NCBI GenBank assembly: GCA_050953065.1
Contig: JBMNLZ010000001.1
Coordinates: 32,001-96,000, forward strand
Direction of reading: 5' to 3'
DNA: 64,000 nt
Source: Bacilli bacterium
GTDB lineage: Bacteria > Bacillota_I > Bacilli_A > ML615J-28 > CAG-698
The position numbers were made by a program, and so were the translations under genes. Below, piece after piece: positions 1 through 9,296 of this stretch (position 1 is its first letter; every line of letters begins with the position of its first letter). The notes below the pieces were generated by a model. It was not told where the DNA came from. It saw only the letters and a list, made by a program, of their open reading frames with translations, and did not search any database.

Positions 1-1
1 G

Positions 2-235
2 GTAGATGGCGTAACTGAGGCTAATATTTTACGTAATTTGAATAATATGCGTACAGGAAAAACAAATATTATCATTGCACATAGATTATCAGCTGTTGAA
101 AATGCTGACAATATAATTGTTTTAGAAAATGGAAAAATTGTAGAAGAAGGAACACATAAGGAATTACTAGAAAATAAAAAATGGTATTATAGTCAATTCA
201 TTATCCAAAAGGAGAGTGAATATGAACAAAATTAA
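2..235 (+). CDS. ABC exporter ATP-binding/permease, C-terminal fragment (5' end outside window); likely partner of the next gene
   Basis: Frame open from base 2: VDGVTEANIL...IIIAHRLSAVENADNIIVLENGKIVEEGTH (D-loop region and H-switch of an ABC NBD). Confidence 0.85.
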   Translation, partial: VDGVTEANILRNLNNMRTGKTNIIIAHRLSAVENADNIIVLENGKIVEEGTHKELLENKKWYYSQFIIQKESEYEQN

Positions 236-2258
236 AAAATATCCTTATTCTACAAAGACTATTTTAAGACGTGTTTTTAAATATGCTTTAAATAACAAAT
301 TTCTTGTATTACTAGCAACTATTTTACTAATCATTATATCTGCTATTGAAGTTGTTCAGCCATTAATTGTAAAAAGAGTAATTGATGGTGAATTAAATGG
401 AATTCAAACAGTCTGGAGTTTAGTAGATGAAGGTTATGATAAAAAAATAGAGTTTAATGGGAGTTATTATACAAAAGATAACATACCTTCTAGTTCAAAA
501 ATAACAATTAGGTATTTTGATAAAAACAAAAAATATATTTTAGTTAATGAAGAATTAGAAGCTTATGAAAAAGTGTATATTAACGATAATCAAACTCTTG
601 AAATATTAGACCAAAGTAATAATTTTATTAGAAATGCCGATTATCTTGTTCTTGATAATGCTGATATAATGAAATTTTTTAAAATTTCAATGAATCCATT
701 AATTAAGATGGGTATAATTTATGTGGTATTAGCTTTATCACTTGTTTTATGTAGGTATATCTATACTATATCTTTTACAGCAGCATCGATGAGATTGACT
801 TTAGATATGAGAAAAGAAGCATTTAATAAATTAAATAAATTGCCGGTTAAATATTTTCAAAGAGAAATTAGTGGAAAAATAGTTACAAAAGTAACAACAG
901 ATTCAGATGGCGTAAGAGGCTTATATCAAGTTGTCTTTTCAATAGTAACTGCTCTAATAACTTTAGGAATGGTTTATATAGGATTACTTTATTTGAATTT
1001 AGAGTTAGCTTTGTTGACGCTTTTAGCAATCCCAATTCTTGTTCTTTGGTTAACAGTTTATAGAAAAACTATCAATAATTATAATCATATGATTAGAGAG
1101 TACAACTCAATAAACAATGGAAAACTAGTTGAGTTTATAAACGGTGTTGAAATTATTCAACAAATGAATAAAGAAGAAGAAATGTGTAAAGAATATCATG
1201 AAGCACTACACAAAAACTATGTTGTTAGAACCAAGCATTTAGTTGTAAGTTCGCTTTTTGGATGGGATTTATTAGTAATTGTTAGAAGGTTAGCTGTAGC
1301 TTTAGTCTTACTTTATTTTGGTTTAAAGTATTTTTCGGTTAATTTTGTAATTACTGCTACAACAATTTATGTTTATGTTGAATATTTAGAAAAGTTAGTA
1401 AATCCAGTAGCAAATATTTTCCATAATTTAAATAATTTAGAAGATTCGTTAGTGGCAGCATCTCGAATATTTGAACTTCTTGATCAACAAGAAGATTTAA
1501 ATATTGGTGAATTAACTGATATTAAGTTTTTGGGTGATATTAAAATTGAAAATTTAAGTTTTAAATACGTACCAGATTTATATGTTTTAAAAAATGTCAA
1601 TATAGATATAAAAGCTGGAGAGTTTGTTGGTTTGGTTGGAGCAACAGGAAGTGGGAAAACAACTCTAATAAGCCTACTTGAAAGATTTTATGAAGTAGAA
1701 GAAGGGCGTATTTTAATTGATGGGGTTGACTATAAGAATTATTCAAAAAAAGATGTTAGAAACAACATTGGTTTGATTTTACAAGATTCTGCTATTTTAG
1801 AAGGAAGTATCAGAGAAAACATCGCTTTAGGAGAAGATATCTCAAAAGAAAAAATTGAAGAAGTTTTAAGGATGATAGGTGCTAATAAGTTTATCGACTC
1901 AATGCCAGAAGGAATTGACTCAAAAATTGAATATAGAGGTGAAAACTTATCTACAGGGGAAAAACAAATCATTTCTTTTGCTAGAATTATGGTTAGATCA
2001 CCTAGTATTGTTATTTTAGATGAAGCTACTGCTAATATTGATACTGAAACAGAACAACTAATTCAAAGAGCACTTAATATTATATCTAAAAAGTGTACTA
2101 CTATAGTAATAGCTCATAGATTATCAACGATTAAAAAAGCTGATAGCATTTATGTTTTAGATGCTGGTGAAGTAGTTGAATCAGGAAATCATAAAAGTTT
2201 ATATGCTAAAGAAAACAGTATTTATAGAAGAATGTATGATGCAATAATAAATAATTAA
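222..2258 (+). CDS. ABC exporter permease/ATPase (BmrD/YheH-like, large extracytoplasmic loop after TM1)
   Basis: TMD plus Walker A GATGSGKT, signature LSTGEKQ, Walker B ILDEAT, AHRL; SD GGAG before ATG 222. Confidence 0.9.
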   Translation: MNKIKKYPYSTKTILRRVFKYALNNKFLVLLATILLIIISAIEVVQPLIVKRVIDGELNGIQTVWSLVDEGYDKKIEFNGSYYTKDNIPSSSKITIRYFDKNKKYILVNEELEAYEKVYINDNQTLEILDQSNNFIRNADYLVLDNADIMKFFKISMNPLIKMGIIYVVLALSLVLCRYIYTISFTAASMRLTLDMRKEAFNKLNKLPVKYFQREISGKIVTKVTTDSDGVRGLYQVVFSIVTALITLGMVYIGLLYLNLELALLTLLAIPILVLWLTVYRKTINNYNHMIREYNSINNGKLVEFINGVEIIQQMNKEEEMCKEYHEALHKNYVVRTKHLVVSSLFGWDLLVIVRRLAVALVLLYFGLKYFSVNFVITATTIYVYVEYLEKLVNPVANIFHNLNNLEDSLVAASRIFELLDQQEDLNIGELTDIKFLGDIKIENLSFKYVPDLYVLKNVNIDIKAGEFVGLVGATGSGKTTLISLLERFYEVEEGRILIDGVDYKNYSKKDVRNNIGLILQDSAILEGSIRENIALGEDISKEKIEEVLRMIGANKFIDSMPEGIDSKIEYRGENLSTGEKQIISFARIMVRSPSIVILDEATANIDTETEQLIQRALNIISKKCTTIVIAHRLSTIKKADSIYVLDAGEVVESGNHKSLYAKENSIYRRMYDAIINN

Positions 2259-2273
2259 ATAAAGGAGTTATGC

Positions 2274-3443
2274 ATGAGAATAGGAATATTTGTAGAAACA
2301 TATTTTCCTTACGTAAGTGGAGTTAGCATATCTATTGAATCACTAAAGGATGCGCTAGTTCAAAAAGGACATGAAGTATATATTGTAACTTTAAAAATTG
2401 ATGATTATAAATATGATAATGATCCATCTTTAATATTGTTAGAAGGACATCCTTATCCTTTTAAAAAATTAAAGGCATTAAAGTTAGGATACACACTTCA
2501 TTACAAAAAAAATGTTAAGGAATTAAAAAAATATAAATTTGACATAATTCATGCAAATACTGAATTTTCAGTTGGAACAATAGGCTATAAGTTAGCTAGA
2601 GCAACAAACGTTCCAATTGTTTATACTTATCATACTTTGTATCATACATATGTTCATTATGTAGCTAACTTTGCGATTTCATTCTTTAAAATGATTATTA
2701 TTAGAAGAATTAAAAGTTGGATGAAAAAAGTAGATGAGGTTATAGTTCCTAGTAATAAAGTTTTAAATATTATAAGAGATTTTAAAGTAAAAAGAGATGT
2801 TAATGTTATTCCAACAGGAATAAAACTTGATAGGTTTTTAAATTACGACCTAAATTCAATTGAAAAAATTAAAAAAAATTATAAACTTGTTGGTAAAAGA
2901 ATAATGCTTTTTGCTGGTAGATTAGGTCAAGAAAAAGGAATCGGAGAGTTAATTGAGTATTTTGACATCTTAAGTAAAGATTTCCCTGATTTAGTGTTTT
3001 TAATTGTAGGCTTTGGTGCTCATGAAGGAGTTTTAAAAAAGTTAGTTTCTTCTAAAAAATTAGAAGATAAAATTATTTTTACTGGTGAAGTGTGTAATTC
3101 TGAAATTGGAAATTATTATAGACTTTGTGATTTCTTTGTTAGTGCTTCTAATACTGAAACTCAAGGATTGACATATTTTGAGGCTTTAGCGAGTAATTGC
3201 GTATCATTAGTAAAAAAAGATCCTAGTCTAGAAGGTATAATTGAAGATGGAATTAATGGTTTTTATTTTGAAGATAAAGAAAGTTTTTTATCTCAAGCTA
3301 AATACATATTAGAAAATGATATGAGTGAAATCAAAGAAAAGACAAGTGAGGTAGTAAAAAACTTTTCGACTGAAGTGTTTGCAGATAGAATTATTAAAGT
3401 ATATGAAAAGGCCTTAAAAAATAAAAAGAAAGGGTGTAAATAA
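2274..3443 (+). CDS. GT4 glycosyltransferase, 1,2-diacylglycerol glucosyltransferase (glycolipid synthase)-like
   Basis: MRIGIF..TYFP.VSGV N-terminus, YTYHT, GRLGQEK, ETQGLTYFEA motifs. Confidence 0.85.
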   Translation: MRIGIFVETYFPYVSGVSISIESLKDALVQKGHEVYIVTLKIDDYKYDNDPSLILLEGHPYPFKKLKALKLGYTLHYKKNVKELKKYKFDIIHANTEFSVGTIGYKLARATNVPIVYTYHTLYHTYVHYVANFAISFFKMIIIRRIKSWMKKVDEVIVPSNKVLNIIRDFKVKRDVNVIPTGIKLDRFLNYDLNSIEKIKKNYKLVGKRIMLFAGRLGQEKGIGELIEYFDILSKDFPDLVFLIVGFGAHEGVLKKLVSSKKLEDKIIFTGEVCNSEIGNYYRLCDFFVSASNTETQGLTYFEALASNCVSLVKKDPSLEGIIEDGINGFYFEDKESFLSQAKYILENDMSEIKEKTSEVVKNFSTEVFADRIIKVYEKALKNKKKGCK

Positions 3444-4147
3444 TGAGTTTAATTGTAGTGCAAATATTACAAGTTTTAGGTGCAACTATTGTTGGTGCAA
3501 TTATTGGTTTTGAAAGAGAAGTTAAAAATAAACCAGCTGGTTTAACAACTTTCATGCTTGTTTGTGTTGCTAGTTGTTTGATTGCTATTTTAAATCAAAA
3601 TATTGTTAATGAAACTGTACGACTTGCAGGGCTTGATTCAACTTATGCTGGTACTGTTGGAGCTGATTCTGGAAGACTTATTGCTCAAGTAGTAAGTGGA
3701 ATAGGTTTTTTAGGAGCGGGTGTAATAATTTATACAAAAGATGTAGTAAGAGGAGTAACAACTGCAGCCTTATTATGGTTAGTTTCAGCAATGGGTTTGA
3801 TGATTGGAATTGGAGGGCTTAATAATTATATAATCGTAGTAGTTGCTTTAATTATTGTTATTAGTTTTTCAGCTTTTTCTAAAAAATATAAATCAATTAT
3901 GACTAAAGGAAGAAAATTAAATGTTGTAAAAATTGTCTATTATGGTAAGAATGAAGATGAATTGATGGCTTTTTTAAATGAAAAACAATTTTTTATAAAA
4001 AAACAAGAGTTTTCTAGTGCGTATATTAAAGAAGGAATTCATTATAAAGAAATGCTTTTTTATCTAATAGTAACAAATGAAGCGTTCCATGAATTTGTAA
4101 AAGATGTTAGTTCGCTGGATTACATTTGTGAATTAGCAGAAGTGTAA
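3443..4147 (+). CDS. MgtC/SapB family membrane protein
   Basis: IGFERE..NKPAGL.T, R..AQVVSGIGFLGAG, GVTTAA.LW motifs. Confidence 0.9.
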   Translation: MSLIVVQILQVLGATIVGAIIGFEREVKNKPAGLTTFMLVCVASCLIAILNQNIVNETVRLAGLDSTYAGTVGADSGRLIAQVVSGIGFLGAGVIIYTKDVVRGVTTAALLWLVSAMGLMIGIGGLNNYIIVVVALIIVISFSAFSKKYKSIMTKGRKLNVVKIVYYGKNEDELMAFLNEKQFFIKKQEFSSAYIKEGIHYKEMLFYLIVTNEAFHEFVKDVSSLDYICELAEV

Positions 4148-4151
4148 AGAA

Positions 4152-4183
4152 AAAAAGACTGTAACTGCAGTCTTTTCTTTTTT
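4152..4183. terminator. Bidirectional intrinsic terminator between the mgtC-like gene and tRNA-Arg
   Basis: AAAAGACTGT-aact-GCAGTCTTTT hairpin flanked by A and T tracts. Confidence 0.75.
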
Positions 4184-4184
4184 A

Positions 4185-4261
4185 TGGCGTCCACGATAGG
4201 ACTCGAACCTATTACCCCAATCTTAGGAGGATTGTGCTCTATCCAGGTGAGCTACGTGGAC
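4185..4261 (-). tRNA. tRNA-Arg(CCT)
   Basis: Reverse complement GTCCACGTAGCTCACCTGGATAGAGC...CAATC-CT-CCT-AA-GATTG...GGTTCGAGTCC...CGTGGACGCCA; cloverleaf with encoded CCA. Confidence 0.95.
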
Positions 4262-4274
4262 AAATTCCTTGTTT

Positions 4275-4303
4275 ATTATACTTTAGATTCTGAAGATTGT
4301 AAA
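4275..4303 (-). promoter_or_regulatory. Sigma-A promoter of tRNA-Arg
   Basis: Minus strand TTTACA-17-TATAAT. Confidence 0.6.
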
Positions 4304-4331
4304 TAATAAAAAATTTAAATCTTTAAAAATA

Positions 4332-4360
4332 TTGCATTTTTAACCTTATTATAATATAAT
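4332..4360 (+). promoter_or_regulatory. Sigma-A promoter of tRNA-Leu
   Basis: TTGCAT-17-TATAAT ending 9 nt before the tRNA. Confidence 0.65.
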
Positions 4361-4369
4361 GTTTTATAT

Positions 4370-4455
4370 GCCGCTGTGTTGAAACTGGTAGACAAACTTG
4401 ACTCAAAATCAAGCGCCCTTAAGGCATGCTGGTTCGAATCCGGCCAGCGGCACCA
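4370..4455 (+). tRNA. tRNA-Leu(CAA)
   Basis: GCCGCTG acceptor stem pairs CAGCGGC; CTTGA-CT-CAA-AA-TCAAG anticodon arm; long variable arm; GGTTCGAATCC; ACCA end. Confidence 0.95.
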
Positions 4456-4583
4456 TTTTGATATACTAAATTGATACTAGTATCGATTAATGTTTGCAAT
4501 TAAAATGAGTAGGTATATTTATCTACTTTTTTTAAATTAATTCTAGGTATAATAGTTTTAATTAAATTAAAGGAGAGAGTAAT

Positions 4584-7238
4584 ATGAGTTTTGAAAATAT
4601 CTATTTCAAAGGTAGTTTTAGAAGTTACCAACAAAGAGTATTAGATTCTGCTGATTTATATTTAACAGATGGTAAAATAAACATAGTTGCTGCTCCTGGA
4701 TCGGGAAAAACTATTTTAGGCTTAGAATTAATTAGACGACTTGGAAAACCTTGCATCATTTTATCTCCAACTACTACTATAAGAGAACAATGGGGTGAAA
4801 GGTTTAAAGAATCATTTTTACCAAAAGGTCTAGAGATTAAAGAGTATGTAAATTATGATTTAAATAAAATAGTTCTTATTAATTCAATAACATATCAAGC
4901 TTTATATTCAGCTATGAATAAAATAAAAGCTTCTAATGAAGATGAAACAATTGATTATTCTAATATTGATTTATTTAAACTAATTAAAGAAAAAGGAATT
5001 AAAACAATTTGTTTAGATGAGGCTCACCATTTACAAAATGAATGGCAAAAAGCCCTAGAAAAATTTATTAAAGGGCTTGCTAAAGACATTAAAGTAATTT
5101 CTTTAACAGCAACTCCTCCATATGATGCGAATACTTATGAATGGCAAAGATATATCAGTGTTTGTGGAGAAATAGATGAAGAAATTTTTGTTCCAGAACT
5201 TGTAAAAGAAAAAACGTTGTGTCCACATCAAGATTATATAATGTTTAACTATCCGACTGAAAACGAAATTAAAAGTTTTAAAGAATATAAGGAAAAATCG
5301 TTTTTAGTAATAGAAGAAATAGGTAAATTAGAATTTATAATTAAATTAAATGAACATTTAAATAAAAATTATAAAGATATGTTGATGGATATTTATACGA
5401 ATGTAAAAGAATATATTGCTTTATTGATTTTGTTTAGATATTACGATTATCCCATAAATAAGAAGATAATAAAAATCCTTACTGATGTAGAACATTTACC
5501 AGATATTAGCTTACAGTATGCAGAAATTGCTATACAATTTTTAATTAATTCGGTACTACTTAAAGAAGAAGAAAAGGAAATTCTTTTAAAATTATTAAAA
5601 CAAAATTCACTTTATGACAAAAAACAAGTATTTTTAGATTTGGATGAAAAACTAAAAAGAAAATTAATTAGTTCTTTAGGTAAAATGGAAAGCATTTTAA
5701 AAATTGTTGATAGTGAATATGCTTCTTTAAATAATGATTTAAAAATGCTGATCTTAACCGATTATATAAAAAAAGAATCTCTATTTAAAGTTGGGACTGA
5801 AAAGTTAGTTGATAATGTGAGTGTAGTCAGTATTTTTGAAACTATTAGAAGGCTTAAAAATATTAATTTGGGAGTTTTATCAGGAAGTTTAGTTATATTG
5901 CCTAATACAGTAATTGAAGTTATAAAAGATAAATATCAATTTAGCTTTAAAAATATAAACGATACTACTTATTCAACTGTTAATTTTAAAGGATCAAATA
6001 AGGATAAAGTTAGAATTGTTTCTTCATTGTTTAAAAAGGGAAGTATTAATATTTTGATAGGTACCAAATCATTACTTGGTGAAGGCTGGGATTCTCCTTG
6101 TATCAATTCATTAATTTTGGCAAGTTTTGTTGGAAGTTTTATGCTATCTAATCAGATGAGGGGAAGAGCTATAAGAATTGACAAAAATGACCCTGAAAAA
6201 GTTTCTAATATTTGGCATTTAGTTACTATAGAGCCTGATTATGTTTTTGAAGATAATAAAGTTAAAAAAATTAGTTTATATTTATCTCGTCCAAAAGACA
6301 TAATTCAATCAAATGATTATGAAACATTAGTTAGAAGATTTGAATGTTTTGTAGGGCCAAGTTATGATAAAGATGAAATTGAAAGCGGGATTGACAGGAT
6401 TTCTAATATTAAACCTCCTTATAATAAAAAAGGAATAGAAAAAATTAATGAAGAAACTTTAGCACTTTCAAAAAATAGAGCACTAGTAAAAGAAAAATGG
6501 GATAATGCTTTATCAAAATCTTCTAAGATGCAAATAGAATCAAAAGTTCCAATAGAAAGAAAAATACCAGCTTTTACATTTTATAATATTGGTAAGATTT
6601 TACTTATTCTTAGTTTCCAAAGTCTAATTCTAAGTTTAAATGCTCTAGCAATTTCAAATGTTACATTAAGTTCTGATTTTGGAATGCTATCTTTAATTGT
6701 AACGATTGTGTTATCTTTGATATCTACTATTTTTATAATGCATGCAACTAAAATGTTAATTGCTAATGCTAATCCTACAAGGCAAATAAAAAGTTTTTCA
6801 AAATGCATTTTAAAAACTTTAAAGGATATTGATTTAATTGAGTCTGCTTGTACATTGAAGGTAAAAAGTGATTCTGATGGAATATTTATAAATGTTTCCT
6901 TAGTTGATGCTACAATTCACGAACAAAATATTTTTAATAAGGCTATTGCAGAGTTTTTAAATCCGATTGAAAATCCAAGATATATTGTTATAAAAAAAGG
7001 CTTAGTAAGTAAATATAATTATAAATATTCCTTTGCGTGTCCTAGTGTAATCGGGAAAAATAAGGAAATTGCAGATTTATTTAATAGTTATCTATCAAAA
7101 ATTATGGGAAAATATAGTCTTGTATATACTAGATATGAAGAAGGTAGAAAATTTATTTTAAAATGTAGAATAAAATCATATATTAGTTATAATGCAAAAC
7201 AAGTGAATAGTAAACATAAAATTACTAGATGGGAGTAG
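4584..7238 (+). CDS. SF2 (DEAH/ResIII-like) helicase with C-terminal transmembrane segments
   Basis: APGSGKT, DEAHH, LTAT, LGEGWD, QMRGRAIR motifs; hydrophobic stretches around aa 670-725. Confidence 0.85.
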   Translation: MSFENIYFKGSFRSYQQRVLDSADLYLTDGKINIVAAPGSGKTILGLELIRRLGKPCIILSPTTTIREQWGERFKESFLPKGLEIKEYVNYDLNKIVLINSITYQALYSAMNKIKASNEDETIDYSNIDLFKLIKEKGIKTICLDEAHHLQNEWQKALEKFIKGLAKDIKVISLTATPPYDANTYEWQRYISVCGEIDEEIFVPELVKEKTLCPHQDYIMFNYPTENEIKSFKEYKEKSFLVIEEIGKLEFIIKLNEHLNKNYKDMLMDIYTNVKEYIALLILFRYYDYPINKKIIKILTDVEHLPDISLQYAEIAIQFLINSVLLKEEEKEILLKLLKQNSLYDKKQVFLDLDEKLKRKLISSLGKMESILKIVDSEYASLNNDLKMLILTDYIKKESLFKVGTEKLVDNVSVVSIFETIRRLKNINLGVLSGSLVILPNTVIEVIKDKYQFSFKNINDTTYSTVNFKGSNKDKVRIVSSLFKKGSINILIGTKSLLGEGWDSPCINSLILASFVGSFMLSNQMRGRAIRIDKNDPEKVSNIWHLVTIEPDYVFEDNKVKKISLYLSRPKDIIQSNDYETLVRRFECFVGPSYDKDEIESGIDRISNIKPPYNKKGIEKINEETLALSKNRALVKEKWDNALSKSSKMQIESKVPIERKIPAFTFYNIGKILLILSFQSLILSLNALAISNVTLSSDFGMLSLIVTIVLSLISTIFIMHATKMLIANANPTRQIKSFSKCILKTLKDIDLIESACTLKVKSDSDGIFINVSLVDATIHEQNIFNKAIAEFLNPIENPRYIVIKKGLVSKYNYKYSFACPSVIGKNKEIADLFNSYLSKIMGKYSLVYTRYEEGRKFILKCRIKSYISYNAKQVNSKHKITRWE

Positions 7239-7240
7239 AA

Positions 7241-7276
7241 AAAATAAAACCGAGACTTTTATCTCGGTTTTATTTT
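7241..7276. terminator. Bidirectional terminator between the helicase and csp genes
   Basis: AAAATAAAACCGAGA / TCTCGGTTTTATTTT perfect inverted repeat between convergent genes. Confidence 0.85.
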
Positions 7277-7290
7277 AAAATTTTAGTTGA

Positions 7291-7503
7291 TTAGATTCCT
7301 TTAACATTAGTAGCTCTTAGTTTTGTTGCGTCTTTTGGATCTTTTTCAACACCAAATTCAACTTTTTGGCCTTCAACAAGTGCTTTGTAGCCTTCTCCAA
7401 CGATTGCAGTATAATGTACAAATACATCTACGCCATCTTCATCATTAGAGATAAAGCCAAACCCTTTTTCCTTATTGAACCATTTAACTGTTCCTGTCTT
7501 CAT
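7291..7503 (-). CDS. cspA: Cold-shock protein (CSD)
   Basis: [26 protein letters not shown]; SD AGGAGG upstream of ATG at 7503 (ORF-track start is too far upstream). Confidence 0.9.
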   Translation of the reverse strand: MKTGTVKWFNKEKGFGFISNDEDGVDVFVHYTAIVGEGYKALVEGQKVEFGVEKDPKDATKLRATNVKGI

Positions 7504-7624
7504 TAGGTCCTCCTGCTTTATATTTATATTCTTTTGCATAAAAAAATCGCAAGATGTAACTCATTAAACGAAAATGACTTACAATAACTTGCGAGATCAC
7601 TTACAGCATTCAGAATACATTGAT

Positions 7625-7653
7625 AGTATATCATTAATATCACGAATTGTCAA
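7625..7653 (-). promoter_or_regulatory. Promoter of csp giving a 5' UTR of about 115 nt
   Basis: Minus strand TTGACA-17-TATACT with extended TG. Confidence 0.75.
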
Positions 7654-7694
7654 TAAAATAAGAGCATATTTCTTGTAAAAAATATTAAAAATAG

Positions 7695-7709
7695 TATAAT
7701 TGAATTATA
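7695..7709. promoter_or_regulatory. Palindromic operator candidate overlapping the -10 of the trxA operon
   Basis: Perfect 7-1-7 palindrome TATAATT-G-AATTATA; TTGTAA at 7673-7678 as -35. Confidence 0.45.
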
Positions 7710-7758
7710 GGCTAGATTTTAAATCGAATTTATAAAAAAAATATTAAGGAGGAAAATA

Positions 7759-8070
7759 ATGGCTGTTTTAAAATTAGATGAAAAGAATTTTGAAAGTGAA
7801 GTATTAAATTTTAAAGGAACTGTATTAGTAGACTTTTATGCTGATTGGTGTGGACCATGTAAAATGCTTGCTCCGATTTTAGATAAAATTTCTAATGAAG
7901 TTGATAAAAATGTTAAAATTGCTAAAGTGAATGTTGATGTAAGTCCTGCTTTGGCTGGAAAGTTTTCTGTTATGAGTATACCTACTTTAATTGTATTTAA
8001 AGATGGTAAGATATCTACAACTAGAGTTGGTTTTACATCTGAAAAGTCAATTTTAGATTTATTAAAATAA
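7759..8070 (+). CDS. trxA: Thioredoxin
   Basis: DFYADWCGPCK active site, SIPT. Confidence 0.95.
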   Translation: MAVLKLDEKNFESEVLNFKGTVLVDFYADWCGPCKMLAPILDKISNEVDKNVKIAKVNVDVSPALAGKFSVMSIPTLIVFKDGKISTTRVGFTSEKSILDLLK

Positions 8071-8092
8071 AATATAAAAAGGAGGAATAAAA

Positions 8093-8770
8093 ATGAACGA
8101 ACAAAAACAATTTAGTATGCCGTTAATTGGGGATAAAGCGCCTAGCTTTAAAGCGGTTACTACACAGGGGATGATTAATTTTCCTGAAGATTACAAAGGA
8201 CATTGGGTAATTTTATTTTCACATCCTGCTGATTTTACTCCAGTTTGTACAACTGAATTTATGACTTTTGCAAGTATGGCTGATGAATTTGAAAAATTAA
8301 ATACTAAATTAATTGGTTTATCAGTAGATTCTCTTTATGCTCATATTGCATGGCTTAGAAAGATTCAAGAATTAGAGTGGAAGGGAATGAAAAAAGTTGA
8401 AGTTAAATTTCCATTAATTGAAGATATTAAAATGGAAGTATCTTCTAAATATGGAATGGTTCAACCAAATCAATCAACTACTCAAGCAGTTAGAGCAGTT
8501 TTTGTGATTGATCCTGAAGGAAAAATAAGAACTATTCTATATTATCCGCTTTCTACTGGAAGAAATTTTGATGAAATTAAAAGAATTATTTTAGCTTTAC
8601 AAAAAGCTGATAAAGATGGGGTTGCAACTCCAGCTGATTGGAGACCAGGAGATGATGTAATTATTCCTACAGCTGGATCTTGTGGTGTTGCAAAAGAAAG
8701 AATGGAACAAAAGAAAGATGATGTATATTGTCTTGATTGGTTTATGTGTTTTAAAAAAGAAAAAAAATAA
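8093..8770 (+). CDS. Peroxiredoxin (Prx6/archaeal-type)
   Basis: FSHPADFTPVCTTEF, GRNFDEI, ATPADW, C.DWFMC. Confidence 0.92.
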   Translation: MNEQKQFSMPLIGDKAPSFKAVTTQGMINFPEDYKGHWVILFSHPADFTPVCTTEFMTFASMADEFEKLNTKLIGLSVDSLYAHIAWLRKIQELEWKGMKKVEVKFPLIEDIKMEVSSKYGMVQPNQSTTQAVRAVFVIDPEGKIRTILYYPLSTGRNFDEIKRIILALQKADKDGVATPADWRPGDDVIIPTAGSCGVAKERMEQKKDDVYCLDWFMCFKKEKK

Positions 8771-8781
8771 GGAGGTAAATT

Positions 8782-9168
8782 ATGTGTAAAGAACAAAAAT
8801 TTTATTATTGTGATATTTGTGGGAAAATTATCGGAATGGTTAAAGATGCAAAAACACCAACAATTTGTTGTGGAAAGCCAATGACACAGATTGTTGCTAA
8901 TACAGAAGAAGCTTCATATGAAAAACATTTACCTGCAGTAACAGTTAAAGGAAATGAAATTCATGTTTCTGTTGGAAGTGTTGCACATCCGATGATTCCA
9001 GAACATTATATCGAATGGGTGTATGTTCAAACTGAAAAGGGTGGTCAAAGGAAATGCTTTAAAGCTGGTGAAGAACCAAAAGTGGCTTTTTCAGTAATTA
9101 ATGATAAACCTGTAGCAGTATATGCATATTGTAATTTGCATGGATTATGGAAAACTGAAGTAAAATAA
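8782..9168 (+). CDS. Desulfoferrodoxin / superoxide reductase
   Basis: CDIC...CCG, EKHLP, HPMIPEHYIEW, YCNLHGLW. Confidence 0.92.
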   Translation: MCKEQKFYYCDICGKIIGMVKDAKTPTICCGKPMTQIVANTEEASYEKHLPAVTVKGNEIHVSVGSVAHPMIPEHYIEWVYVQTEKGGQRKCFKAGEEPKVAFSVINDKPVAVYAYCNLHGLWKTEVK

Positions 9169-9172
9169 ATTG

Positions 9173-9210
9173 ATTAAAAGCGACTACTTAATTAGGTAGT
9201 CGCTTTTAAT
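9173..9210 (+). terminator. Intrinsic terminator of the oxidative-stress operon
   Basis: ATTAAAAGCGACTACTTA / TAGGTAGTCGCTTTTAAT hairpin. Confidence 0.85.
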
Positions 9211-9264
9211 TTTACAAAAAGTTTACAATTTAAAAAATAAAATTATACAACTAAAGAGTATAAT
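9211..9264 (+). promoter_or_regulatory. Pho-box-like TT(T/A)ACA repeats and -10 upstream of the Na/Pi transporter
   Basis: TTTACA at 9211 and 9222, TATACA at 9244 (11-bp phase); TATAAT at 9259-9264. Confidence 0.55.
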
Positions 9265-9296
9265 GGTGTGGTATAAAAAAAGGAGAGAATTTTAAT

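Noticed and set aside
7504-7539. N-terminal extension of the cold-shock protein given by the ORF track
   Set aside because: The SD AGGAGG lies just upstream of the ATG at 7503, and the CSD begins there.
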